This document shows, one piece after another, positions 19,905-30,075 of a stretch of 64,000 nucleotides of DNA. This DNA is from Pirellula sp. GTDB lineage: Bacteria > Planctomycetota > Planctomycetia > Pirellulales > Pirellulaceae. Under the pieces are notes generated by a model. That model saw only the letters and a list, made by a program, of their open reading frames with translations, did not search any database and was not told where the DNA came from. The stretch is taken from contig JBBAXA010000014.1 of NCBI GenBank assembly GCA_040396935.1, positions 3,314 through 67,313 of the forward strand, read 5' to 3'. Made by a program: the position numbers and the translations under genes. The first letter of the stretch is position 1. Every line of letters begins with the position of its first letter.

Positions 19905-20313
19905 GGTTTGAGGAATTCCCGAACCCGCCCCGAATCGATTGTAGAACCATCCTTAACGATACCCCCTGATCGCGGACGCCGCGCCGGCGTGTGGCCAATT
20001 CCACGCGAGGAAGACGCTTAGACCTCCTTTGGCTTCGCCGCAATGGATACGTCGGAGTACAATGTTCGGGAGAGAGAGGTGGGAGTCGTAGCTATTCAGC
20101 TTGCGGTTGGTACGATCGCACGACACCCTTGCGTCATTGCAGTTTCGGCTCTTCACCAACGATCCTTGCCATCCACCCAAATCCGCGTCTTTTCTCGCAG
20201 AATCGTGGCGATCCTATCGAACATCGATGCGATCTCCAGTCGATACTACGCAGAGGGGACAGAAAGGCTTTGGCTTTGTTGCGTTGGCTCCGTTCATTCC
20301 TCAGGCACACGTC

Positions 20314-21159
20314 ATGCTGAATCGTGAAGAATTCGTCGAACAAGCCTACCTTTTTGGGGTGTTGATCGAGCGGTTGGGAAAAGACATCACGCTCCAGGAA
20401 CTTTTCGAGCAATGTCGATATGAAGTTCTCGCAACAACCAAACTTCCCATGGCGATCGATTATCTTTCTGCGGAACTCAAGCACACCGGCGTCATAGCCC
20501 CGGCCATGCGCAAACTGAGTCATTATTTCACCCCGTTTCAAACCTTCATCGTTGAGCAATCGGAGCTGGATCGAGGTCGATTCGATTTTTATACCGCCCT
20601 CGTCATTCTGAAACATGAGGCGGACTATCGCGGCAAATCTGACAATCGCCAAGGTTTTTTCTTCTACCAGTTTGAAACCCTCTGCCGCAATCGATTGAAT
20701 TACGACGCGGGACTCAAGGCTATGAGCGAGGACCCGCTCTATTCGCCAGAATGGAAGGAATGGTTGCTCATCGTGAGAAGACAGCTCGGATTCGTCGACA
20801 TTGCTGATTTGATCTATGGACGAAGCGAGGAGTTCGTCAAGTATCGCAAACGGCATCTGGGAGAAGATGCCGAGGCGGAGTATCCGATCCTATTCGGCGA
20901 ACGGGAAGGCAAAATCGCGTTCGCGAACCGCCGCAAGGATCCTCTCTTCTTATTTTCGGCCATGCAGAGGCATCTCGGCTACCCGCCCGTTCCACGTCGA
21001 GAAATTCAAAACGACACTCTCGATATGATTCCTCAAATGCATCGTCGCATCGAACGCTTGGAGATGCGCATTAAGCTGATGGAGGAAGAACAGCGTCAGG
21101 GAATTGATATCACCAAATTCTATACGAATAACAAGCCCATCAACCTCGACCTGGAATAG
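20314..21159 (+). CDS. Conserved hypothetical protein (planctomycete-type) with C-terminal coiled coil
   Basis: Protein-like ORF MLNREEFVEQAYLF...LATTKLPMAIDYL...YFTPFQTFI...QFETLCRNRLNYD...IERLEMRIKLMEEE; no recognised domain. Confidence 0.8.
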   Translation: MLNREEFVEQAYLFGVLIERLGKDITLQELFEQCRYEVLATTKLPMAIDYLSAELKHTGVIAPAMRKLSHYFTPFQTFIVEQSELDRGRFDFYTALVILKHEADYRGKSDNRQGFFFYQFETLCRNRLNYDAGLKAMSEDPLYSPEWKEWLLIVRRQLGFVDIADLIYGRSEEFVKYRKRHLGEDAEAEYPILFGEREGKIAFANRRKDPLFLFSAMQRHLGYPPVPRREIQNDTLDMIPQMHRRIERLEMRIKLMEEEQRQGIDITKFYTNNKPINLDLE

Positions 21160-21218
21160 CGTTCTCGAATGGCATCGTTGCAACAGAGGATATCGCTTGC
21201 GAAATAGGGACCCAGCGC

Positions 21219-22538
21219 ATGCCTAGCTTGGCGATCAAACCGACCTGGATCGTCACCATGTCCAGCGAACCTCTTCGAGATGTATGGCTAACCGTCTCCG
21301 ATGGATGTATTGAATCGATCAGTACCGCCCAACCGTCATCCTCGCAAATCCAGCATGCCTGGGAGTTGCCTGGGTTGATCCTGACGCCTGGGCTTATCAA
21401 TAGCCATTGCCATTTCGAATTCAGCGATCTCGACCATCCGATACAAGCCCGAGGAAGCTTTATCGATTGGATTGGCGAGGTACTTCGCTATCGCCGTGAA
21501 AACGCTGGTCCAAACGATTCGAACTCCAGACAAAGAGCTCTGCAATATGGGATCCTCGAGGCATGGCGTAGTGGCACACGACTTGCCATCGACACGATCA
21601 CGGAACCCTGGGATCCCGATTGGGTCGCTGCAACGATCCGTGGCATGGTTTCGGGTGATTTCCTGACCAGTGGATCGGTCGGTATCGCTCCTTTTTGTTA
21701 TCAACCCTGTCCTGAGATCCTCGATATTCATGCGAGCCGCCGACAGCCTACATTGGACTTTGCGAGGATAGTCCATGGTTTAGCACCTCGAGATTGGAGT
21801 TTACCCCGAGCTGCCATCTCGCCTCATGCACCGTATACGGCCTCCATCGATCTGGTTCGGGAAGCGGTATCTCAATCCATTTTGAATCGAGGCATCGTTT
21901 CGATGCACCTCGCGGAATCGCGCGATGAAATGGAATGGCTACAGGGCCATTCAGGTCCCATGGCTCAGCGCCTCGCACCCTACCGAGATACAGCTTTTCA
22001 GAATTCGTTTGCTACAGTGCGTGAGTATTTGAATGAGCTTCTCAAAGCTCCCTGTTCACTCATCATCCATGGAAACCATCTCGATGCGCACTGCTTGCGA
22101 CAACTCGCAGATTCCTCTCAGCGCGCGGCGATTGTTCATTGCCCCAGGACCTATACCCATTTTCATGGGAAACTCGAGGGTCGCTATCCCTTGGAGATGC
22201 GATTGTCGTCCGGGGTTCGGCATCTTCTGGGTACCGACTCAAGAGCCTCCAATCCTGACTTGAATCTTTGGCGTGAAGTCCAGCATTTGGCGGAGCAATT
22301 CCCTCACATCAGCGCCGATACATTGGTCGCGATGGCCACAAGCGATGCGGCACTTTTTCTAGGACGGAATGACCTGGGAACGATCGAGGTTGGCAAACGA
22401 AGTTTGCTGACCGCTTTCGTGTGGCCTGAATGTTTTGAATGCAACGAAAACACGCTCCTTCCTCGGTTGCTGCATGCCGATCGCAACCCGGTTCCTTTCG
22501 AATTGGTGCTTTCCTCGCTGGGGTACGAATTCCAGTAA
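21219..22538 (+). CDS. Metal-dependent amidohydrolase (SsnA/deaminase-like)
   Basis: PGLINSHCH, SPHAPYT, MHLAES, IHGNH, VHCPRT, LGTDSRASNP. Confidence 0.85.
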   Translation: MPSLAIKPTWIVTMSSEPLRDVWLTVSDGCIESISTAQPSSSQIQHAWELPGLILTPGLINSHCHFEFSDLDHPIQARGSFIDWIGEVLRYRRENAGPNDSNSRQRALQYGILEAWRSGTRLAIDTITEPWDPDWVAATIRGMVSGDFLTSGSVGIAPFCYQPCPEILDIHASRRQPTLDFARIVHGLAPRDWSLPRAAISPHAPYTASIDLVREAVSQSILNRGIVSMHLAESRDEMEWLQGHSGPMAQRLAPYRDTAFQNSFATVREYLNELLKAPCSLIIHGNHLDAHCLRQLADSSQRAAIVHCPRTYTHFHGKLEGRYPLEMRLSSGVRHLLGTDSRASNPDLNLWREVQHLAEQFPHISADTLVAMATSDAALFLGRNDLGTIEVGKRSLLTAFVWPECFECNENTLLPRLLHADRNPVPFELVLSSLGYEFQ

Positions 22539-22622
22539 AGGCCGAGGAATCCTTTTCCTTGGCAACTATACTAAACGCGGATATTTTCTGACGCCTAACC
22601 TTTTCCTTCTCTTCAGCAAACG

Positions 22623-24479
22623 ATGTTGAACCGAGTATTCTTAGTAACCGTCCTTCCACTTCTGACAGTCATTTGGTTCATGGACACGAACATGAGTCTG
22701 GCACAATCTGAGACCAAAGCCCCCCTGCAATACCGCGTATCGTTCCGCCAGGCGGAGACGCACCGGGTTGAGATCGAGGTAACCGTTCCAACGGAGAATC
22801 AGTCTACGCTCGAATTGATGATGCCGGTTTGGACACCCGGCAGTTACCTGGTTCGGGAGTATGCGCGACATGTGGAGACGATTTCAGTCTCTGACGGAAT
22901 CTCCAATGCTCCGCTCTCTTTGGAAAAGACGAGCAAGAATCGTTGGAAATTGAGCTGTCCGGGAACCACTGAGATCGTTTGCCGCTACACGCTCTATTGC
23001 CGGGAGATGGGCGTTCGAACCAACTGGGTCGAGCGCGATTACGCCTTTCTGACAGGTGCCGCTACATTCATCACTCGAGCCGACGCGCTCGATCGACCGC
23101 ATATCGTGCGATTGGATGCGTTACCCCAATGGCCACAGATTGCAACGAGCCTCTCCATCGAGGGGAACAACCCATGGGTGCGAGCGGCAAGGAATTTCGA
23201 CGAGTTGGTGGATAGTCCGATCCTCCTCGGAAATATCGATATTCAAAGCTTCGAAGCAGGGGGAGTGAAGCATCATCTGGCAACCCTCGGTACCGATGGA
23301 TTATGGAATACGAAAGTCGCTGTTGCGGATGTCCAAAAGATCGTTGAGATCGAGCAAAAGTTTTGGGGTGAAGTCCCCTATCCGGAGTACTGGTTTCTGA
23401 ATCTGGCTACCGAAACCGGAGGTGGTTTGGAGCATGACAATAGTACGGTCTTGATGACTAGCCGATGGGCCATGCGTCAGAAACCCAAATACGTCGATTG
23501 GCTGGCCCTAGTGTCCCATGAGTTCTTTCACACATGGAATGTTCGGCGACTGCGTCCTAAGGCGTTGAACAAGTATGACTTCGAGCATGAACAGTACTTT
23601 GATGAGCTCTGGGTCGCGGAGGGAATCACCAGTTACTACGATGATCTACTGGTCGCTAGAAGCGGCCTGTGTACCCCGAAGGAATACCTCGAGCGAGTCA
23701 GCAAGAATATCTCGACGGTCCAATCCGGTCCCGGACGATCCGTCCAGTCGTTGAAGGACAGCAGCTTTGATACCTGGATCAAGTTTTATAGGCCGGATGA
23801 AAACGCCAGTAACAGTCGAGTCAATTACTACACCAAAGGAAGTCTCGTAGCGATGCTCTTGGATGTAGAAATTCGATACGCGACACAAAATTCGAAGTCG
23901 TTGGATGACGTCATGCGTCAGTTGTGGCGGGAACATCGAACGGCTGGCTACGACCAGGAGGATTTCAAGCGAATTGTTCGTGAAATCGCAGGTGTCCGTT
24001 TGGATCCGTGGCTCCAAGCCGCAACCGAATCAACCCAGGAACTCGATTTTACGCGATTGCTCGAGTGGTACGGTCTAGAATGGAAGCCAAAAGAAAGTAC
24101 TCCCGAAGATGCCAAAGCATTTGGGAACACGTTTATCGGTATGGAGGTTCAACCACAGGCTGGGAAAGCGATCGTTACCAAAGTTTTGAAGGATAGTCCT
24201 GCGTCGTTGGCTGGTATCAATGTCGATGATGAATGGATTAGCCTGGACGGTTATCGTGTCACTCCAGAAGGGTGGACCGAACGTCTTAACCTGTATCGCC
24301 CGAACGATCTACTTTCCTGCTGGTTCTCTCGACGGGGAAAGATGATCGAACTCAAGGTGAAGCTCGGTGAGCAGCCTCGTGAAACTTGGACGCTCCAGCG
24401 TGTCACCAAGCCATCCGAGAGTCAGGAAGCCCATTGGATCCATTGGCTCCAGATTCCCCCAGTGGAAGAGAAAAAATAA
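22623..24479 (+). CDS. M61 glycyl aminopeptidase with C-terminal PDZ domain, exported
   Basis: Signal peptide, WTPGSYLVREY, GGGLEHDNS, SHEFFHTWN (HExxH), LWVAEGITSYY, SPASLAGINVDDE. Confidence 0.92.
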   Translation: MLNRVFLVTVLPLLTVIWFMDTNMSLAQSETKAPLQYRVSFRQAETHRVEIEVTVPTENQSTLELMMPVWTPGSYLVREYARHVETISVSDGISNAPLSLEKTSKNRWKLSCPGTTEIVCRYTLYCREMGVRTNWVERDYAFLTGAATFITRADALDRPHIVRLDALPQWPQIATSLSIEGNNPWVRAARNFDELVDSPILLGNIDIQSFEAGGVKHHLATLGTDGLWNTKVAVADVQKIVEIEQKFWGEVPYPEYWFLNLATETGGGLEHDNSTVLMTSRWAMRQKPKYVDWLALVSHEFFHTWNVRRLRPKALNKYDFEHEQYFDELWVAEGITSYYDDLLVARSGLCTPKEYLERVSKNISTVQSGPGRSVQSLKDSSFDTWIKFYRPDENASNSRVNYYTKGSLVAMLLDVEIRYATQNSKSLDDVMRQLWREHRTAGYDQEDFKRIVREIAGVRLDPWLQAATESTQELDFTRLLEWYGLEWKPKESTPEDAKAFGNTFIGMEVQPQAGKAIVTKVLKDSPASLAGINVDDEWISLDGYRVTPEGWTERLNLYRPNDLLSCWFSRRGKMIELKVKLGEQPRETWTLQRVTKPSESQEAHWIHWLQIPPVEEKK

Positions 24480-24691
24480 AGGGTGCCAACTAGGCTAACC
24501 CGATCACACTACCCATCGAGCTTCTAGGGAAATCGTTCGTTGCAGAGCACTTGCGGGATGAATGCGTCTTTGCTCTGATGCGTGGTCGAACGAAGTTTTT
24601 TATAGGGAATGAGATCGAAATGGTTATCTCCTCCGCTTCGTTCCGACTGCCATTCTTGTCGTTTCTTAGTACCAGCGGATCGAGTTGATGT

Positions 24692-26269
24692 ATGCACCCA
24701 CCAGCGAAGCCTTCGACATGGATGTTTCAATGGAATGATTGCATCCTGCTGGCTCTGGCGATTGCATGGAGCCACTGTGGGGGGGTGAGGGCGGACGAAT
24801 CATCTGCTGACCGACGTCTGATTCGCACTGCATTCGACTTGAGTCAAGACGCTGGGCAATCGCTCGGTAGCCTGTTCGAGGTTCGTGGAGCAGATGGTCG
24901 AGTCCTGGCAGGAGCTGGATTTCTCAATAGTTACAACACGCAGGACCGAAGCGATCGGCGGATGTTGCATGTTTACGCAAGAACGACGAGACCAACTCCA
25001 TTCCATCTCGCTCCGCTTCCTCGGCCCACCAGCGAAGCGGGTACCTATCTCTATGGCTATCGCGGTGGACTGTTCTCCTTCAGTCGCTCCTCGCTCGATC
25101 GCGTTTTGCGCCGTTGGAATTCAGAGCAGCAGATGTGGAGTATCGAACAGAGCACTCCGGCTCTGGCGATCGAAGTCCAGGGACGACCTATGAATGCGAA
25201 CGGAAATCAAATTCTCTACGACAAAAAGTGCGTGCTCGAATGCCCCGAGGACCAGGGTACGATCGGGGAGTGGTATTACAACGCTGGTGTATTGATCGTC
25301 CGATCTTTTAAAACAGACGCGACGACAACCCCAGGCGCACTGGTTGCTTTCCGATGGAACCCGGGGGATTCGCAGCTCCATTGGAAGGAGGGCAAGTCGA
25401 TTCCGCTAACGCATCCCACGGAATTCATCTACAGCTATGGACAACTCGGTCGCGGCGCTAACCATCAGATCTTCGCAGCTTCCAATCGGGGTACGGTTCT
25501 TCTTTTTCGTAACGGATCTTGGGAATCGGTTCGGGAATCCGATGGTCGAAGTTTTCAGGTTTACTGCGCGCTGAACTATCGAGACCGTTTACTCGTAGGG
25601 CAGTATCCCACAGGGCAACTTCTCGAACTCTCCGATGGAAAGCTCGAACTGCTACCGGATTCTCCTCCGGTGATGCCCGGCGTTAGCCGCAATGCGCGTG
25701 AAGCCCAGTCGATCACGATCTTTGGTGGGGATATGATCGTCGGGGTGTGGCCATGGGGAGAGGTCTGGAGAAGAAACGAGAATGGGGGAGACTGGGAATT
25801 CCTACAACGCGTTTTCACACATCCCGCACCGACAGATCAAACAACGCATCCCTATGAAAAAGAAACCATGGCTCTCGATCCCGTCCTGAATCGTTGGGGA
25901 CAGCGAGTTACCAGCCTCGTCCCCATGGGGGACTCGCTCTACATCAGTACCTCTGCCAAAGGTCACAACCCGTTTGAAGAAAAGTTCGAATTTCTATCCG
26001 ACGGAAAGCATCTCGAATACGGTATGGTCTACCGCTACCAACGTTCTGGTTGTCTATCGTTGCCGATCTCGTGGACGAACCAACGAACTCGAGTGGAAAT
26101 ACAGTTTTCAAAAAATCGAATTCGAGTCCTTCAGGATGGTCAGGAAATGGGTTCCTCAACGTGGGAAATGAGCGACCCCGCAGTGCTAGAGGATTGGTCC
26201 CTGACGGCAGGACAAGGCGTTTACGGTCCGTTCGACGGCCAGAGCTTGGATGTCCAGTTGCTTCCGTGA
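24692..26269 (+). CDS. Hypothetical exported protein (possibly propeller-like)
   Basis: 525-aa ORF with a signal-peptide-like N-terminus and beta-rich Gly/aromatic repeats; no family recognised. Confidence 0.7.
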   Translation: MHPPAKPSTWMFQWNDCILLALAIAWSHCGGVRADESSADRRLIRTAFDLSQDAGQSLGSLFEVRGADGRVLAGAGFLNSYNTQDRSDRRMLHVYARTTRPTPFHLAPLPRPTSEAGTYLYGYRGGLFSFSRSSLDRVLRRWNSEQQMWSIEQSTPALAIEVQGRPMNANGNQILYDKKCVLECPEDQGTIGEWYYNAGVLIVRSFKTDATTTPGALVAFRWNPGDSQLHWKEGKSIPLTHPTEFIYSYGQLGRGANHQIFAASNRGTVLLFRNGSWESVRESDGRSFQVYCALNYRDRLLVGQYPTGQLLELSDGKLELLPDSPPVMPGVSRNAREAQSITIFGGDMIVGVWPWGEVWRRNENGGDWEFLQRVFTHPAPTDQTTHPYEKETMALDPVLNRWGQRVTSLVPMGDSLYISTSAKGHNPFEEKFEFLSDGKHLEYGMVYRYQRSGCLSLPISWTNQRTRVEIQFSKNRIRVLQDGQEMGSSTWEMSDPAVLEDWSLTAGQGVYGPFDGQSLDVQLLP

Positions 26270-26836
26270 TCCAAGCCTGATGAGATCACCAGTAACAAGG
26301 GGACAGAGTGCTATCGAACGGGTTCCTCGGATCGCATCTCGCCAGCGATCGGTCTACCGGATGGATCTGATCTGTGGAAGGAAGAACGAGTGTATTGCAG
26401 CATCGCAAGGGTTCTACGTAGAAGGCTAGCGATCGAACGGTCTTTCACGATCCCCATGCTCCGAAGTCGACTCCTGAGAAACAGGCTTAGCTGCTCGGAA
26501 TACCACGATTCCAAAAAAGCTTGATCGGAAAAATCTCAAACTGCGGTAGAGTTGAGACTTTCGAATCGGGCTCCCGGGTCCGAACCGATGATGGTCACTA
26601 CCTGGGATTGCCAGTGCGTTTCGCGCCTATAGAAGGGAAATGGAATAGAGGCTGAAATTGGCCATCGGATAGAAGATCTATATACATTATACTGGGGATC
26701 GATCGCGATTCTGATTCACTGGGAAGGATTGGAACGTAGGCTCATTTTGGAGATCGCAATCGTTGAGCCATTGCAGCAGATACCCTGCTTCCTACGCGAT
26801 TCGCACGCAGACCAACTCGATGTGGAAACCACGCGC

Positions 26837-27253
26837 ATGTCAACTCCTATACCTATGCAGCTATCGCGGATCATCATCAGCGAGATCAGTGATAATCAGG
26901 TGATCTATCTCAAAGAGGTCGACGGAGATCGCCAATTCCCGATTCTGATAGGGATCTTTGAAGCGACCAGTATCGACCGTCGCGTCAAAACGACCTCCCG
27001 GCCTCCCAGGCCACTGACGCATGATCTCGTCGTGAACGTCGCTGAAGCGCTCGGAGGGGAAATCGAATGTGTCGTGATCTCCGATCTCCAAGAGCAAACC
27101 TATTTCGCGCACTTGCGAATCAAGCGAGGTGACGAATTGCTCGAAATCGATACGCGTCCCTCCGATGCGATCGCGATTGCCGTCACGTTTCATCCGCCCC
27201 TTCCGATCTACGTTGCCGAAGAAGTACTCGACCGCGTAACTGGCAAATCCTGA
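26837..27253 (+). CDS. Bifunctional nuclease family protein (DUF151)
   Basis: FPILIGIFEATSI, PRPLTHDL, YFAHL, IDTRPSDAIAIA; start trimmed to MSTPIP. Confidence 0.92.
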   Translation: MSTPIPMQLSRIIISEISDNQVIYLKEVDGDRQFPILIGIFEATSIDRRVKTTSRPPRPLTHDLVVNVAEALGGEIECVVISDLQEQTYFAHLRIKRGDELLEIDTRPSDAIAIAVTFHPPLPIYVAEEVLDRVTGKS

Positions 27254-29148
27254 TGGCGGCCAAAGAGAGTTCGGACTACCCCAAGAGAATCCCATTCAAA
27301 GTCGATATCGCGGGCGTTATCGAGATTATGGGTACGTCTCTGTATTCGAATCCCAACACCCCCGTTCGGGAGCTGCTGCAGAACGCCCATGACGCGGTGA
27401 TGCGACGCCGAGCGAAAGATCTGTCGTACCAGGGACGGATCGATGTCGTTCAAGGTCAGGAACTCCGCACCCTCGCTTTTCACGATGATGGTGTGGGATT
27501 GTCTCCCCTCGAAGCCGAGGAGTACTTGGGAACGTTGGGGATTGGACTGACCGGCTTGATCAAAAAAGGGTTCAACCCGGAGAATCTGGATGCTCTGACC
27601 CCTGCCAGCAAAAAGGATGGGAGTTCGCTCATCGGACAGTTCGGGATCGGTCTCTTCTCGGGATTCATGTTGGCCGAACGGATTGTCGTGGAAAGCCTCC
27701 GGTACGAGGGGGAGCAAGCGATTCGATGGGAAGCGGGAGCGGGCACGGAAATCGAAATATCCCTCTCGAAGCGAACCCAGGTCGGCACCTCGGTTACCCT
27801 CTTTTTGAAATCGAACTACACGATCTTCTCCGAAGACGAGTCGCTGATCGAGGATAGCATCAAACAATATGCGGACTTCCTGCCCATACCGATCTATCTG
27901 AACGAGTCCAAAGCCAGAGTCAATCTGATCCAGGCTGCCTGGTTGGAACCGACGGTGGACAACGATGCCGTGATTGAGGAATTGGCATCCTACTTTGGCG
28001 AGACTCCCCTGGAAACGATTCCGATCACTCTCGAAACACCGGTGGCTGTTCGAGGCGCATTGTATGTTACCCCGCAACGCACCCCTGGTTTTGCGGATGA
28101 GGCAACCATTGCCGTGAGCGTGCGACGCATGATCATTTCACGACACATTCGCGAACTGATCCCGGGCTGGGCTCCTTTTTTAAGAGGTGTCCTCGAATTA
28201 CCCGATTGTTCTCCGACCTCGAATCGAGAGGACTTGGTGCGGGATACGATCTTTGCGGCGGTTTGCGAGTCGCTCGAGGAATCGATCTATCTCCACTTTG
28301 AAAACCTCGCTGAACGCGACCCGACGCGATGGCAATCGTTGCTGCAATGGCATCGCTATACCTTTGCCGGTATGGCTGTCTACGACGAACGATTGCGACG
28401 CTTGCTACGCAACTCGTACCGCTTCAACACATCCCATGGCGAGCTCACGATGCTGGAGATTCTCGAGCGAAGCGGTGCAGATTCCGTTTTGGAATCGGAT
28501 CCCGATCTTCGTTATGTGGTTTGGTATAACGCGGATCGGCGTCAGGAAGTATGGCTCAATGAATTCTTTTCCGCCGCGGATACTCCCTGCGTGCATACGC
28601 TTCGCAGTTTCGAGGAGACGCTGCTAGCGACGATGGTCCATGAGATCGGATCGGGCTATGCCAGCCTGCGAGCAGCGAGTCCATCGTCTACGAATTTCTC
28701 GGAGAAGATCCTCGGGATCAGCAGTCGACGCAGCGCAGATCCGGAGTGGGTTGAGTTCCTGAGTCGCTTGAAGGTTCATGTTTTTGTCGCCAGCTCGCGA
28801 ACGGGTCCTCCGGTGTTGGCATTCATCAACGAGCGTTACGAACTCTCCAAAACCTTCGACGAGATTCGCGAAAAGGGGGATCTTCCAAAGGGTTTTGATC
28901 GAATCATTCAGCAACACTTCGAACGACAGCCCGCTGGAAAAAATGAAATCATCCTCAATCAACACCACCCGCTGATCCGCAAAGCGCTACGACTCGGTAC
29001 GAAAAGTCCGACTGCGCATGTACTGCGAATTCTCGTCGTGAGCGCTTTGACCAAAGCGGGAGCGAATCTCAGTCGCGAGGCTCTAGACAACCAATCGTTC
29101 GATTTGACGACGATCGCGCAGGCGCTCGATCCCGATGAGGTCGCGTAA
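27253..29148 (+). CDS. Hsp90/HtpG-like GHKL ATPase
   Basis: SLYSNPNTPVRELLQNAHDA, HDDGVG, LIGQFGIGLFSGF, GTSVTL, PTSNREDL; C-terminal part divergent from canonical HtpG. Confidence 0.88.
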   Translation: MAAKESSDYPKRIPFKVDIAGVIEIMGTSLYSNPNTPVRELLQNAHDAVMRRRAKDLSYQGRIDVVQGQELRTLAFHDDGVGLSPLEAEEYLGTLGIGLTGLIKKGFNPENLDALTPASKKDGSSLIGQFGIGLFSGFMLAERIVVESLRYEGEQAIRWEAGAGTEIEISLSKRTQVGTSVTLFLKSNYTIFSEDESLIEDSIKQYADFLPIPIYLNESKARVNLIQAAWLEPTVDNDAVIEELASYFGETPLETIPITLETPVAVRGALYVTPQRTPGFADEATIAVSVRRMIISRHIRELIPGWAPFLRGVLELPDCSPTSNREDLVRDTIFAAVCESLEESIYLHFENLAERDPTRWQSLLQWHRYTFAGMAVYDERLRRLLRNSYRFNTSHGELTMLEILERSGADSVLESDPDLRYVVWYNADRRQEVWLNEFFSAADTPCVHTLRSFEETLLATMVHEIGSGYASLRAASPSSTNFSEKILGISSRRSADPEWVEFLSRLKVHVFVASSRTGPPVLAFINERYELSKTFDEIREKGDLPKGFDRIIQQHFERQPAGKNEIILNQHHPLIRKALRLGTKSPTAHVLRILVVSALTKAGANLSREALDNQSFDLTTIAQALDPDEVA

Positions 29149-29339
29149 GAGAATGGAGTATCGGAGGATCAAAAACCATCGATTGACATGCCCGGTAAGT
29201 ACAACTACTACCCGACCCGCATTGCAGCCGGGGGGATCGCTCAAACTACTTCGAGTACGTGCAACGGATCAATACTCTTGGGTTCGGACGATGTCTTACC
29301 CACGGCTTGGTTGGAACGTCCCGATCCATCTCGTAGGGT

Positions 29340-30071
29340 ATGACTGAAGTATCTATGTTTAGAGTCGATGTCATTACTCTTTTTCCGGAGATCTTTTCGG
29401 GTTACCTAACGCAGAGCTTGCTCGCCAAAGCGATCGCCCGCGAATTGGTTGCGATTCATGTCCACGATCTGAGACAATGGTCCGCCGATCCTAAGCATCA
29501 CAAGGTCGACGATCGACCTTACGGAGGTGGTCCTGGGATGCTGATTTGTGTCGAACCTGTCATTCGGTGTGTCGAAGCAGTCCAATCGATGGCGGAAATT
29601 CCAGGTCAAATCGTTCTCCTGACGCCGCAGGGGGAACGACTCCATCAACGACGAGTCGAGAAACTCGCTCTCTCGGAACGACTGATCCTCCTGTGTGGAA
29701 GATACGAGGGTTTTGACCAACGTGTAATCGATCTTTTGCAACCGCTCGAGCTCAGTATCGGCGACTATGTCCTCAACGGAGGCGAGGTGGCTGCGATGGT
29801 GGTGGTCGATGCAACCGTACGAATGATCCCTGGGGTGCTTGGCGACGAACAAAGTTCATGGGACGATTCGTTCTCGCGTGGCAACCGACTGCTGGAGTTT
29901 CCACAATACACCCGACCTCCGGAGTTTCGAGGACATCGCGTCCCTGATATCTTGCTGAGTGGTGATCACAAGAAAATTGAACAATGGCGAATCGAACAAT
30001 CCCTGCTCAAGACCAAAATCAGGCGCAGCGATTTATTCGATGCATCCGACGAATCTTCTCGCGAAAGATGA
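29340..30071 (+). CDS. trmD: tRNA (guanine37-N1)-methyltransferase
   Basis: ITLFPE, VDDRPYGGGPGM, LLCGRYEGFDQR, SIGDYVLNGGE, LLEFPQYTRP, LLSGDH. Confidence 0.97.
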   Translation: MTEVSMFRVDVITLFPEIFSGYLTQSLLAKAIARELVAIHVHDLRQWSADPKHHKVDDRPYGGGPGMLICVEPVIRCVEAVQSMAEIPGQIVLLTPQGERLHQRRVEKLALSERLILLCGRYEGFDQRVIDLLQPLELSIGDYVLNGGEVAAMVVVDATVRMIPGVLGDEQSSWDDSFSRGNRLLEFPQYTRPPEFRGHRVPDILLSGDHKKIEQWRIEQSLLKTKIRRSDLFDASDESSRER

Positions 30072-30075
30072 AACG

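Noticed and set aside
26270-26836. Long spacer before DUF151 with a weak hairpin (TCTCAAACT...AGTTGAGA)
   Set aside because: Only one imperfect stem, with no recognisable RNA family, tRNA motif or credible ORF.
27208-28077. Long antisense ORFs (e.g. 27208-28077, 55835-56680, 59447-60145, 20134-20856)
   Set aside because: They lie fully opposite well-supported genes and show no motifs, as expected for shadow ORFs in GC-rich coding DNA.
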